From Acidobacteriota bacterium (lineage in GTDB: Bacteria > Acidobacteriota > UBA4820 > DSQY01): 10,594 nt of DNA. The DNA is taken from positions 1-10,594 of the forward strand of contig JBMFSH010000064.1 in assembly GCA_049967655.1 (NCBI GenBank), in the 5' to 3' direction. Of this stretch, positions 1 to 8,380 are shown in pieces. How positions within the stretch are numbered: position 1 is the first letter of the stretch; the number at the start of each line of letters is the position of its first letter. The translations under genes and the position numbers were made by a program. The notes beneath the pieces were generated by a model. The model was not told where the DNA came from and did no database searches. It saw only the letters and a program-made list of their open reading frames with translations.

Positions 1-16
1 TGTGCGGTCTGTGCTG

Positions 17-25
17 ATCTTACCA
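17..25 (-). promoter_or_regulatory. Possible extended -10 promoter element (TGgTAAGAT) pointing out of the left edge
   Basis: Minus strand reads TG-G-TAAGAT, an AT-rich motif in a high-GC context. No good -35 was seen and the target gene is outside the window. Confidence 0.25.
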
Positions 26-110
26 CATGGGCATCAAACCGTGAGAGAACCGTCGCGCTCTGGGGAGCGCTCCAACAGGAGAAGGCGGAGGGGCAAGAGG
101 GCCGAGTCCG

Positions 111-134
111 TCGCGACCGAAAGGTCGCTCCCAC
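111..134 (-). repeat. GTGG/GTAG-type REP-like palindrome
   Basis: Minus strand reads GTGGGA-GCGACC-TTTC-GGTCGC-GA, a tetranucleotide tag followed by a hairpin. A degenerate second copy lies at about 4002-4025. Confidence 0.7.
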
Positions 135-147
135 AACCTTCATTCTG

Positions 148-270
148 CCGTCATTTCGAGGGAAGCTTCAATGCTGGACCCCGGAGGAATCTCAGCCGAT
201 GGCCTTGCAGGAACCGCAACTGAGATCCCTCCTGTGGAGCCCTCTGCAAGGTATGCCTCGGGATGACAGG
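148..270. repeat. CGTC/TGTC-type REP/MITE-like inverted-repeat element
   Basis: Terminal inverted repeats GTCATTTCGAGG (150-161) and CCTCGGGATGAC (256-267), with inner ATCTCAG...CTGAGAT arms. The left half recurs at 4036-4102. Confidence 0.7.
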
Positions 271-392
271 CAGGAACCGGAGCGACAGGCGCCCCCGCCT
301 GTCGGGAAACATTAGCGAACCCTGTGGAATTTGGAACTTCTTCGGGCAGGCGGGGTGCCCGCCCCCCGGGAAGGGCCATTTCAAGACGCGCC

Positions 393-1226
<834 letters not shown>

Positions 1227-1291
1227 TTTTTTGAGACCCGTGAGAAGGGAGGAGGTGGGAGTCGGGAAAAAAAGAAAGCAGAGGAGCGGAG

Positions 1292-1317
1292 GGGCGGGGG
1301 GCAAGAAACCCCCGCCC
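1292..1317. other. GC-rich stem-loop between gmd and wzm
   Basis: Perfect 9-bp stem GGGCGGGGG / CCCCCGCCC with an 8-nt loop. The U-tract on the mRNA strand (1267-1273) is not adjacent, so it is not a clean intrinsic terminator. Confidence 0.45.
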
Positions 1318-1393
1318 GATGGAGAGCGCTCTCAGAGAAGAAAGCGGCCTGCCCGCGGCCATCGTTGCTCCGCACCCTTTCCCCCTCGCCCTC

Positions 1394-2470
1394 TTATCCC
1401 TTCCTTCCGGCGATCGTCTTCTCGCGTGACGCGAGCGCGAGATCGCTATCCACCATCATGGCGACGAGCTGGTCGAAGGTGACGTGGGGCTCCCAGCCGA
1501 GCTTCTGACGCGCCTTGGTGGCGTCGCCGAGAAGCTCGTCCACCTCGGTGGGGCGGAAGTAGTTGGGATCCACCTGGACGAGGAGGCGGCCATCGGGGCC
1601 GAGGCCTTTTTCGTCTTTGCCCTTGCCCGTCCACCTGAGGGGCAGGCCGGCGCGGCTGAAGGCCTTCTCGCAGAACTCGCGCACGGTGTGATTCTCGCCG
1701 GTGGCGACGATGTAATCCTCAGGCTCCGGCGCCTGAAGCATGAGCCACATGGCCTCCACGTAGTCGCCGGCGTAGCCCCAGTCGCGCTTTGCGTCAAGGT
1801 TGCCGAGATAGAGGCGGTCTTGCAGACCATGCACGATGCGTCCCACGGCGCGGGTGATCTTGCGGGTGACGAAGGTCTCGCCGCGGCGGGGGCTTTCGTG
1901 GTTGTAGAGGATACCGTTGACGGCGAACATGCCGTAGGCTTCGCGGTAGTTGCGCGTGATGTAGAAGGCGTAGGCCTTGGCGGCGGCGTAGGGGCTCCGG
2001 GGATAAAAGGGCGTCGTCTCCCGCTGGGGGGTCCCCAGTACCTTGCCAAAGAGTTCCGAGGACGAGGCCTGGTAGAAGCGGGCATTCAGATCCAGCTCCC
2101 GCATAGCCTCCAGTAGGCGGATGGTGCCCAGGCCGGTCACCTCGGCGGTGTATTCGGGAATGTCGAAGGAGACCTTCACGTGGGACTGGGCGCCGAGGTT
2201 GTAGATTTCGTCGGGGCGGATGGTCTTGAGGATCTTGTTGAGGGAAGAGGCGTCGCTCAGGTCGGCGTAGACGAGGGACAGGCGGACGTCTTCGCCGTGG
2301 GGGTCCTCGTAGAGGTGGTCGATCCGTCCCGTATTGAAGGAGGAGGAGCGGCGCATCGTCCCCCACACCTGGTAGCCCTTGGAGAGGAGCAGTTCGGCAA
2401 GGTACGAGCCGTCCTGGCCCGTGATGCCGGTGATTAAAGACCGTTTACCATTCGGGGGCGGGTAGGGCAC
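1394..2470 (-). CDS. gmd: GDP-mannose 4,6-dehydratase
   Basis: [61 protein letters not shown] and [14 protein letters not shown] start with a GGAG RBS. Confidence 0.97.
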   Translation of the reverse strand: MPYPPPNGKRSLITGITGQDGSYLAELLLSKGYQVWGTMRRSSSFNTGRIDHLYEDPHGEDVRLSLVYADLSDASSLNKILKTIRPDEIYNLGAQSHVKVSFDIPEYTAEVTGLGTIRLLEAMRELDLNARFYQASSSELFGKVLGTPQRETTPFYPRSPYAAAKAYAFYITRNYREAYGMFAVNGILYNHESPRRGETFVTRKITRAVGRIVHGLQDRLYLGNLDAKRDWGYAGDYVEAMWLMLQAPEPEDYIVATGENHTVREFCEKAFSRAGLPLRWTGKGKDEKGLGPDGRLLVQVDPNYFRPTEVDELLGDATKARQKLGWEPHVTFDQLVAMMVDSDLALASREKTIAGRKG

Positions 2471-2484
2471 GGGGGGCTCCGAGA

Positions 2485-2512
2485 GAAGAGTGAAGAGTGA
2501 AGAGTGAAGAGA
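2485..2512. repeat. Heptamer tandem array (GAAGAGT)3 + GAAGAGA
   Basis: Read directly. Reverse-complementary to the array at 2931-2972. Confidence 0.9.
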
Positions 2513-2530
2513 AAAAGACGAAGAAAGGAA

Positions 2531-2890
2531 TCAGCCCTGGCGCAGCGTTCTGAGAAGCCCCGAGAGCAACTTCGATACCTGATCAGCGCTGTCAAGAAGT
2601 GCCTTGCGCGCGTCGGGCTTCAGATAGCCGATGTCCGCTGAAATCTCCGTCAACGTCTCCAACTCGCTCAATGATCCTCTCGCGATGATCAAGAACTGCG
2701 CGAACTCCTTCTTACTCCCGCGAGCGGCGCCTTCTGCGATGTTCACGGGCACTGAGACCGCGGCGCGGCGAATCTAACTGGTGAAGCCGAACATTTCTTC
2801 CTTTGGGAAACCCCGAGTCCCATCGTAGACCAGCTTGACCATGGCCATGCTCTCCCGCCATGCCGCCAAGTCTGTGTGCGCACGCCTCAT
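2531..2890 (-). pseudogene. Four-helix-bundle protein (23S rRNA IVS-protein family) with an in-frame TAG at codon 39
   Basis: Manual translation from ATG 2890 (GGAGG RBS) gives [78 protein letters not shown]. This matches the family pattern FPxEExYGLxSQxRRAAVSxxxNIAEG. The TAG at 2774-2776 replaces the conserved Gln. Confidence 0.88.
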
Positions 2891-2930
2891 GATTCCCCCT
2901 CCATCCCACGCTTCTTCCATTCCTGGCTTT

Positions 2931-2972
2931 ACTCTTAACTCTTTACTCTTGACTCTTTACTCTTGACTCTTA
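2931..2972. repeat. Heptamer tandem array (ACTCTTN)6 overlapping the fcl stop codon
   Basis: Units ACTCTTA, ACTCTTT, ACTCTTG, ACTCTTT, ACTCTTG and ACTCTTA. Confidence 0.92.
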
Positions 2973-3920
2973 ACTGCCCTCCCGAAGATACCACTCGTAG
3001 GTGCTCTGCACGCCTTCCCTTAGGGAAATCCTGTGCCTCCACCCGAGCTCGTGGAGGCGGGAGACGTCGAGGAGCTTGCGGGGGGTGCCGTCGGGCTTGG
3101 AGGGGTCGAAGGCGAGGGCGGCACCGGGGGAGACGATGTCGCGGACGAGTTCGGCGAGTTGCCGGATGGTCAGGTCTTCTCCGGTGCCCACGTTGATGGG
3201 TACGTCGCTGTCGAGGTGGCGCATGAGGAAGAGGCAGGCATCGGCGAGGTCGTCCACGTGGAGGAACTCACGGCGAGGCGAGCCGGTACCCCAGATGGTG
3301 ACTTCGCTTCTCCCTTCCGTTTTCGCCTCGTGGAACTTCCGGATGAGGGCCGGCAGGACATGGGAGGACTGCAGGTCGAAGTTGTCGCAGGGGCCGTAGA
3401 GGTTGGTGGGCATGGCGGAGATGAAGTGGTCCCCGTACTGTTTGCGGTAGGTCTGGCAGAGCTTAATGCCGGCGATCTTGGCCAGCGCGTAGCCCTCATT
3501 GGTGGGCTCCAGCGGCCCGGTGAGGAGGTACTCCTCCTTGATAGGCTGGGGGCACTCGCGCGGGTAGATGCACGAAGAACCAAGGTAGAGAAGCTTTTCG
3601 ACCCCGGTCGTATGCGCCGCGTGCAGGACGTTGGCGGCCATCAGCAGGTTGTCGTAAAGGAACTCGGCCGGCCGCGTGCTGTTGGCCCAGATGCCTCCCA
3701 CCAGCCCGGCGGGCATGAAGACGAACTGGGGCCGGTTGGCTTGAAACCAGGCTAGCGTGGTGGCCTGATCGCGAAGGTCCAGGCCCGCACGGGGCACCGT
3801 GAGGATGTTCTCGAAGCGTTGCTGGCGCAAGCGGCGCAGAAGGGCCGAGCCCACGAGGCCGGTGTGGCCAGCGACGTAGATGCGGGAAGTCGGCGATAAG
3901 TTAGTGGGCGAGGCGGGCAA
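2970..3920 (-). CDS. fcl: GDP-L-fucose synthase (GDP-4-keto-6-deoxymannose epimerase/reductase)
   Basis: [70 protein letters not shown] and [11 protein letters not shown] start with an AGGAG RBS. Confidence 0.96.
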   Translation of the reverse strand: MPASPTNLSPTSRIYVAGHTGLVGSALLRRLRQQRFENILTVPRAGLDLRDQATTLAWFQANRPQFVFMPAGLVGGIWANSTRPAEFLYDNLLMAANVLHAAHTTGVEKLLYLGSSCIYPRECPQPIKEEYLLTGPLEPTNEGYALAKIAGIKLCQTYRKQYGDHFISAMPTNLYGPCDNFDLQSSHVLPALIRKFHEAKTEGRSEVTIWGTGSPRREFLHVDDLADACLFLMRHLDSDVPINVGTGEDLTIRQLAELVRDIVSPGAALAFDPSKPDGTPRKLLDVSRLHELGWRHRISLREGVQSTYEWYLREGS

Positions 3921-4001
3921 GCGGTTCTCCTGGGGTTAGGGGGTACAGGTCAAAAAATGGCCGAGGGGCCGAGGAGCGGAAGGGCGGTGGAGCAGGGGCC
4001 C

Positions 4002-4102
4002 TTGCGACCGGAAGGCTGCTGCCACAACGGGCATGCTGCCGGCATTTCGAGGACTCCTTCCAAGCTGGACCCCGGAGAAATCTCACCCGCTGGCCCTGCA
4101 GG
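4002..4102. repeat. Degenerate direct copy of the composite repeat at about 111-211
   Basis: CTGCCG[T/G]CATTTCGAGG...GCTGGACCCCGGAG[G/A]AATCTCA[G/C]CCG[A/C]TGGCC[T/C]TGCAGG is collinear with 145-211 and is preceded by a decayed GCGACC..CCACAAC REP. Confidence 0.75.
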
Positions 4103-4264
4103 CATGGTGTCCGGGATCGCTCCTACTTTCCCTTTCCTTGCCCTGCCAACTATCCGGTCCTTATCGTCTTTACCGGAAGGCCTTAAGGCCGAAGATTTTT
4201 CCGCGCCTGCTCGCACCAGAGGCGGCTGTAGAGGGCAGCGCTGGTGACAACGGCCACGGGCCGT

Positions 4265-4540
4265 TCGGCGGCGGGCGAAGGCGCCCGCCCCACGGCCGTG
4301 CCCGCGCAGCGGCCGGCGGGAGCCGGCCGTTCGGCCGCCCACCGGCTGGCCGAACCGGTGAATGAAGACCTTCGAAGCCGTGGGCGAGGGCAGCCGGCCC
4401 ATAATGCCGGCTCTACCCTCCACCACCACGGCCGACTCCCGTCGGCCGCTACACAGGCAACCCCCTCTCCGTAAGGGCCGCTTCCTTGCGGCCGATGGCG
4501 CCATTCCCCACCCCGTGCCGCGGGCGCCCCCGCCCGCGAA
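4265..4540. repeat. REP mosaic (BIME-like) A
   Basis: Doublet 4306-4356, tail module GGTGAATG...GGGCGAGGGC, single REP CGGCCGACTCCCGTCGGCCGCTAC (4429-4452) and module 4470-4538 shared with 8182-8250. Confidence 0.85.
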
Positions 4541-4558
4541 TGGTCTTTGAAGCGACCG

Positions 4559-4882
4559 TCATCCCTCCAGGGCGGCAATGAGGGGCGGAAGATCTTCTGT
4601 AACGGTGTCCCAGACGCGGTCCACGTCCATATCGTAGTAGGCGTGGATGAGACGGTGCCTCATCGTCACAACGGCTGGCCACGGAACCCCAGGATAGAGC
4701 GTGCGTGTCTCTGGCCCCACCTTGGTGGCGGCTTCACCGATGATTTCGATGCATTTCACCAGGGCTAGCACCAGCACACGGTCCCGATCGAGGTCCTTGC
4801 GCGTCTTGCCTGCAGCGAAGGAGAGCGCTTCCCGGGCCGCATCCAGCATGTGCCGGACCCGGATCTCATCTTCTCTTTGCAA
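4559..4882 (-). CDS. hepT: HEPN/DUF86 RNase toxin (HepT-like)
   Basis: IEIIGEAA, VPW and the RX4HXY motif (RHRLIHAY). Overlaps the upstream MNT gene by 17 bp. TTG start. Confidence 0.9.
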   Translation of the reverse strand: MQREDEIRVRHMLDAAREALSFAAGKTRKDLDRDRVLVLALVKCIEIIGEAATKVGPETRTLYPGVPWPAVVTMRHRLIHAYYDMDVDRVWDTVTEDLPPLIAALEG

Positions 4883-5171
4883 ACTGAACCTCGGCTTGCC
4901 GTACTACCTCGTCTCGAAAATAGCGGCTCAGATCGGCTGGCGTCCGCAAGTCCACCTTCCGGCCCAGGAGCGCGCTCAGCTCCATCTCCAGCTTGGCCAG
5001 GCCGATCAAACCCAGGCGGGTGCCCGGCTCGAGCTCGATCAGGACGTCGAGGTCGCTGTCTGGACGGAAGTCCTTGCGCAGGACCGACCCGAAGAAGGCC
5101 AGTCGGACGATTCGGTGCTTGCGGCAGTAGGCAGCGAGCTTTCTCTTGTCCGGTGTGATTTTCGCGGTCAT
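4866..5171 (-). CDS. mntA: Minimal nucleotidyltransferase antitoxin (MntA-like), 101 aa
   Basis: Exact GSX10DXD motif (GSVLRKDFRPDSDLD) and LGRKVDL. The GGAGGT RBS is best spaced to ATG 5171. Confidence 0.9.
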   Translation of the reverse strand: MTAKITPDKRKLAAYCRKHRIVRLAFFGSVLRKDFRPDSDLDVLIELEPGTRLGLIGLAKLEMELSALLGRKVDLRTPADLSRYFRDEVVRQAEVQFAKRR

Positions 5172-5204
5172 GGGCAAAGCACCTCCGCCTGCGTCCTCAA
5201 GTCA

Positions 5205-5213
5205 AGTATAGCA
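5205..5213 (-). promoter_or_regulatory. Probable extended -10 promoter of mntA-hepT (TGcTATACT)
   Basis: TG-n-TATACT about 34 nt upstream of the start codon. Confidence 0.55.
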
Positions 5214-5239
5214 AGCCTTGGTGGACGATTGCTGCTTCG

Positions 5240-5419
5240 CGGCGCGGGCGCCCGCCCCACAATGCCGGTCCCACCCTCCACCACCACGGCCGACTTCCGT
5301 CGGCCGCTAGATTGAATGAGAAGCCTCGAGGCGGCGGGAGAGGGCGCCCGCCCCACGGTCGCGCCCGCGCAGCGGCCGGCGGAAGCCGGCCGTTCGGCCG
5401 CCCGCCGGGCGGCCGCTAC
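5240..5419. repeat. REP mosaic B
   Basis: Single REP 5287-5309, tail module 5313-5356 and inverted doublet 5369-5419, whose CTAC end contains the stop codon of the neighbouring gene. Confidence 0.85.
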
Positions 5420-5781
5420 GGGCGGGACTCGATGCGCTGAACCCTGGCCGAGAGGTCTGACACCGTGGCTTCCAGGTAGGCCACGCGGCGGTCGAGTTCG
5501 CTGTAGGAAAATTTGATCATGGCGCGCACATCGGCAAATTCCTTCCGCATCTCTTCGGCGTGGCGGTCCAGGCGTTCATGAGCGGCCATTACCCCCTCGG
5601 CGACTTTGCTGATGTCCGAACGCAGGCTCTCTGCCACGACATCGAAGTGACGTTGGGTCTCCTCGGACTTCTCGGCAACGAAACGCCTGGTCTCATCGGT
5701 CTTTTCGGCAACGAAACGCCTGGTCTCATCGGTCTTTTCGATGAAGAGCCGTTTGATTTCTTCCATTTCGTTTTGAGTCAT
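5416..5781 (-). CDS. Hypothetical coiled-coil protein, 121 aa
   Basis: ATG 5781 with a GAGG RBS. Charged heptad-rich sequence with an internal 11-aa duplication. Confidence 0.8.
   Translation of the reverse strand: MTQNEMEEIKRLFIEKTDETRRFVAEKTDETRRFVAEKSEETQRHFDVVAESLRSDISKVAEGVMAAHERLDRHAEEMRKEFADVRAMIKFSYSELDRRVAYLEATVSDLSARVQRIESRP
5672..5737. repeat. Perfect 33-bp in-frame tandem duplication
   Basis: TCGGCAACGAAACGCCTGGTCTCATCGGTCTTT at 5672-5704 and 5705-5737, encoding EKTDETRRFVA twice. Confidence 0.95.
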
Positions 5782-5847
5782 GGAAACCTCCCCGCCCCTC
5801 ATGTTTTACACCCATTTTTGCGCGCGCAAGCGCCTTTCCCACCCGCC

Positions 5848-6005
5848 CGTGGGGCAGGCGCCCACCCCACGTGTCGTGCCCGGGTAGCGGCCGGCGGAAG
5901 CCGGCCGTTCGGCCGCCCACCGGGCGGCCGCACCGGTGAATGGGGAACCTCGAAGCGGCGGGCGAGGGCAACCGGCCCACAACGACCGTAGGGGCGGCCG
6001 GCCGC
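5848..6005. repeat. REP mosaic C
   Basis: Doublet GTAGCGGCCGGCGGAAGCCGGCCG-TT-CGGCCGCCCACCGGGCGGCCGC at 5884-5934, then a tail module 5935-5980 nearly identical to 8346-8380. Confidence 0.88.
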
Positions 6006-6032
6006 TCCACTCTCCACCCTCCACCCTCAACC
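6005..6032. repeat. Heptamer array (CTCCACY)3 + CTCAACC overlapping the yoeB stop
   Basis: CTCCACT CTCCACC CTCCACC CTCAACC. Confidence 0.75.
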
Positions 6033-6296
6033 GCCGTAGTGCGTCCAGAGGCGGATGATCTTGACGGCCCGCTCTTCCGCGTAAACCTGGTAGACGAGCC
6101 GGTGGTGGATGTTGATTCTCCTCGAATAGGCGCCCGACAGGTCACCGACCAGCTTTTCGTAGGGCGGCGGGGTCTGGAAGGGATCGATTTCCAGGATCTG
6201 AAGCAAAGCGACCGCCTTCTCCTTGAGGCCGGCTTCGGCGAGCTTCTTGGCGTCCTTCTGGGCCTGCCTCGTGTAGACGAGCCGCCACTTCACCAT
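6027..6296 (-). CDS. yoeB: Txe/YoeB-family toxin
   Basis: PPYEKLVGDLSGAYSRRINIHHRLVY and IIRLWTHY. Overlaps the antitoxin stop. The start could be ATG 6296 or GTG 6293. Confidence 0.93.
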   Translation of the reverse strand: MVKWRLVYTRQAQKDAKKLAEAGLKEKAVALLQILEIDPFQTPPPYEKLVGDLSGAYSRRINIHHRLVYQVYAEERAVKIIRLWTHYGG

Positions 6297-6532
6297 CCCG
6301 GCTCTTTCCGGCAGTTGGAGAGGGGGGCCTTCATACCCTCCAGGATGGACTCGCGCATGCCGGGGACCGAGAGGAGATAGAGCGTCTCTTCGATCGACCG
6401 CCAGTCCTCCTCGGAGACGAGCACGGCGTTGTTGCGCTTGCCGGCAATCAGGACGGGTTCGTGCGAAGCGGCGGCCTCGTCGATGAGGCGGTAGAGCTTC
6501 GTTCGGGCCTCGCTAGCCTTGAGAGTGGTCAT
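6290..6532 (-). CDS. yefM: Phd/YefM-family antitoxin, 80 aa
   Basis: ASEARTKLYRLID, HEPVLI and AVLVSEEDWRSIEETLYLLSVPG. GGAGG RBS before ATG 6532. Confidence 0.93.
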   Translation of the reverse strand: MTTLKASEARTKLYRLIDEAAASHEPVLIAGKRNNAVLVSEEDWRSIEETLYLLSVPGMRESILEGMKAPLSNCRKEPGW

Positions 6533-6548
6533 GGGGGCCTCCACCCCA

Positions 6549-6577
6549 ATGGTACGGTTTCTCGTACGTCCTGTCAA
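6549..6577 (-). promoter_or_regulatory. Sigma-70 promoter of yefM-yoeB with overlapping GTAC operator cores
   Basis: TTGACA (6577-6572), 17-nt spacer, TACCAT (6554-6549). GTAC palindromes at 6552-6555 and 6564-6567 are 12 bp apart. Confidence 0.8.
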
Positions 6578-6589
6578 ACAAGCGGGAGC

Positions 6590-6658
6590 AGAGAAGCCTC
6601 GAAACGGCGGGCGGGGGCGGCCGCCTCACAACGACCCCTCCACCCTCCACCGTCCACC
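6590..6658. repeat. REP tail module plus heptamer array (STCCACC)3
   Basis: GAGAAGCCTCGAAACGGCGGGCGGGGGC...CACAACGACC resembles 5318-5356 and 5942-5987. Heptamers at 6638-6658. Confidence 0.7.
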
Positions 6659-6687
6659 GCCCCGGCCGTCCGCTGCGGGGCGGAGGC

Positions 6688-8025
6688 TCACCCCTTGACG
6701 ACGCTCTTGCGGGGTGGGACGACGTTGCGGGTGTCGAGGACGAGAGGGGCGCGGGCGGCGACGAGGCTGTAGTCCACGGCGCGGTGGTCGGTGACGACGA
6801 GGACGGCATCCTGGGCGGCGAGGGTCTCGGCGGTGAGGGGCACGGAGTGCAGGTGCGGCAGGCCGGGCCAGTCGCGGGTGCGGGGCAGCTCGGGGATGTG
6901 CGGGTCGTGGTAGGCGACGGAGGCGCCGAGGACGAGGAGCCGGTCCAGGATCTCGAAGGCGGGGCTCTCGCGGGGGTCGTCGATGTCCCGCTTGTAGGCG
7001 ACGCCGAGGACGAGGATCTTGGCTCCCTTGAGGCACTTGCCCCGCTCGTTGAGGGCGAGCATGAGCTTTCCGATGACGTATTCGGGCATGCGGCGGTTGA
7101 TCTCGCCCGCGTGCTCGATGAAGTTGGAGGTCAGGCCGACCTCGCGCGCCTTCCAGGTGAGGTAGAAGGGGTCGAGGGGGATGCAGTGGCCGCCCCAGCC
7201 GGGGCCCGGGTTGAAGCGCATGAAGCCGAAGGGCTTGGTGGAGGCGGCGTCGAGGACGTCCCAGACGTCGATGCCCATGCGGTCGTAGATGACCTTGAGC
7301 TCGTTGACCAGGGCGATGTTGACGGCGCGGAAGACGTTTTCGGTGAGCTTGGCGGCCTCGGCGGTGCGGGCGTCCCGCACGCGGACCACCTTCTGGACGA
7401 TGCTGGCGTAGAAGGTCTCGGCCAGGTCGCCGGAGAGGGGGTCCACGCCGCCCACCACCTTGGGAATGGTGTGGGTGCCGTAATCGGGGTTGCCGGGGTC
7501 CTCGCGCTCGGGGGAGAAGGCGAGGAAGAAATCGGCGCCGCAGGTGAGCGGGCCGGAGGCCCCGGGGCGGGCCGATTCCAGCAGGGGGCGGAGCCGCTCG
7601 TCGGTGGTGCCCGGGTAGGTGGTGGATTCCAGGACGACGAGCTGGCCGGCGCGCAGGTGGCGGGCGATGGTCTCCGCCGTGGCGTCCACGAAGCGCATGT
7701 CCGGCTCGCGCTGTTTGGTCAGCGGCGTGGGCACGCAGACGATGAGCACGTCGGCCGCGGCCAGCTCGGCCTCGTCGCTCGTGGCCCGGAAACGGCCCGA
7801 GGAGGCCATCTCGGCCACCTTCCCCGGCCGGATGTGGCGGATGTAGCTCTCGCCGCGGCTGAGCTTCTCCACCTTCGCCGGGTCCACGTCGTACCCGAGG
7901 ATCGCGTAGCCCGCGTCGTGCGCTGCCATGGCCAGCGGCAGGCCCACGTAGCCCATCCCCAGGATGGCCACCGTGGCCGAGCGGGATTGGATGCGGGAGA
8001 GAAGAGCGGCAGCGTGTGGCGTCAT
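6688..8025 (-). CDS. wbpA: UDP-N-acetylhexosamine 6-dehydrogenase (WbpA/WecC/TviB family), 445 aa
   Basis: GMGYVGLPLA, CVPTP, ESTTYPGTT, FSPEREDPG, KLTENVFRAVNIALVNEL, catalytic GGHCIP and AYKRDIDDPRESP. ATG 8025 with a GAGG RBS. The exact substrate, and so the symbol, is tentative. Confidence 0.9.
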   Translation of the reverse strand: MTPHAAALLSRIQSRSATVAILGMGYVGLPLAMAAHDAGYAILGYDVDPAKVEKLSRGESYIRHIRPGKVAEMASSGRFRATSDEAELAAADVLIVCVPTPLTKQREPDMRFVDATAETIARHLRAGQLVVLESTTYPGTTDERLRPLLESARPGASGPLTCGADFFLAFSPEREDPGNPDYGTHTIPKVVGGVDPLSGDLAETFYASIVQKVVRVRDARTAEAAKLTENVFRAVNIALVNELKVIYDRMGIDVWDVLDAASTKPFGFMRFNPGPGWGGHCIPLDPFYLTWKAREVGLTSNFIEHAGEINRRMPEYVIGKLMLALNERGKCLKGAKILVLGVAYKRDIDDPRESPAFEILDRLLVLGASVAYHDPHIPELPRTRDWPGLPHLHSVPLTAETLAAQDAVLVVTDHRAVDYSLVAARAPLVLDTRNVVPPRKSVVKG

Positions 8026-8084
8026 GAGATCCTCACGAAAAATGCGGGACGGGACGGTGAATGGACGGGGAGTAGGGGAAAGAA

Positions 8085-8148
8085 GTCGGTGGTCGGCGGT
8101 CGGTGGCGAGGAAGTCGATGGTCGATGGTCGATGGTCGATGGTCGGGA
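8085..8148. repeat. Heptamer arrays (GTCGGYG)3 and (GTCGATG)4
   Basis: 8085-8105 reads GTCGGTG GTCGGCG GTCGGTG. 8114-8141 has four perfect GTCGATG units, followed by GTCGGGA. Confidence 0.9.
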
Positions 8149-8181
8149 AAAGATGGTCACCGACGGTGGCCGACGCGCTTT

Positions 8182-8380
8182 CGTAGCGGCCGCATCCTTG
8201 CGGCCGATGCCGCCGTTCTCCATGCCGTGGCGCGGGCGCCCCCGCCCGCGTTCGGCCGACTCCCGTCGGCCGCTACAAAGGCAACCCCCACTCCGTAGCG
8301 GCCGGCGGAAGCCGGCCGTTCGGCCGCCCACCGGGCGGCCGCTACGGTGAATGAGGAACCTCGAAGCGGCGGGCGAGGGC
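8182..8380. repeat. REP mosaic E, containing the most intact doublet
   Basis: Module 8182-8250, single REP 8253-8276, doublet GTAG...CTAC 8295-8345 and tail 8346-8380, which overlaps the 3' end of the asnB remnant. Confidence 0.88.

Noticed and set aside
2531..2890. Diversity-generating retroelement (Avd-like fold)
   Set aside because: No reverse transcriptase and no template/variable repeat pair with adenine-specific differences in the window.
2712..2909. Frameshift explanation or separate 65-aa gene for the 5' half of the four-helix-bundle gene
   Set aside because: The 5' half is in the same frame as 2531-2752. The break is an in-frame TAG, not a frameshift.
3950..4578. ORFs in the fcl-hepT intergenic region
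   Set aside because: They are translations of REP mosaics. The same pseudo-peptides (RPVGGRTAG, CSGRRES) recur wherever the repeat occurs.
4265..6660. CRISPR array or classical integron attC cassettes
   Set aside because: Repeats are irregularly spaced mosaics without constant-length unique spacers. No cas or intI gene is present and no convincing RYYYAAC/GTTRRRY attC boundaries were seen.
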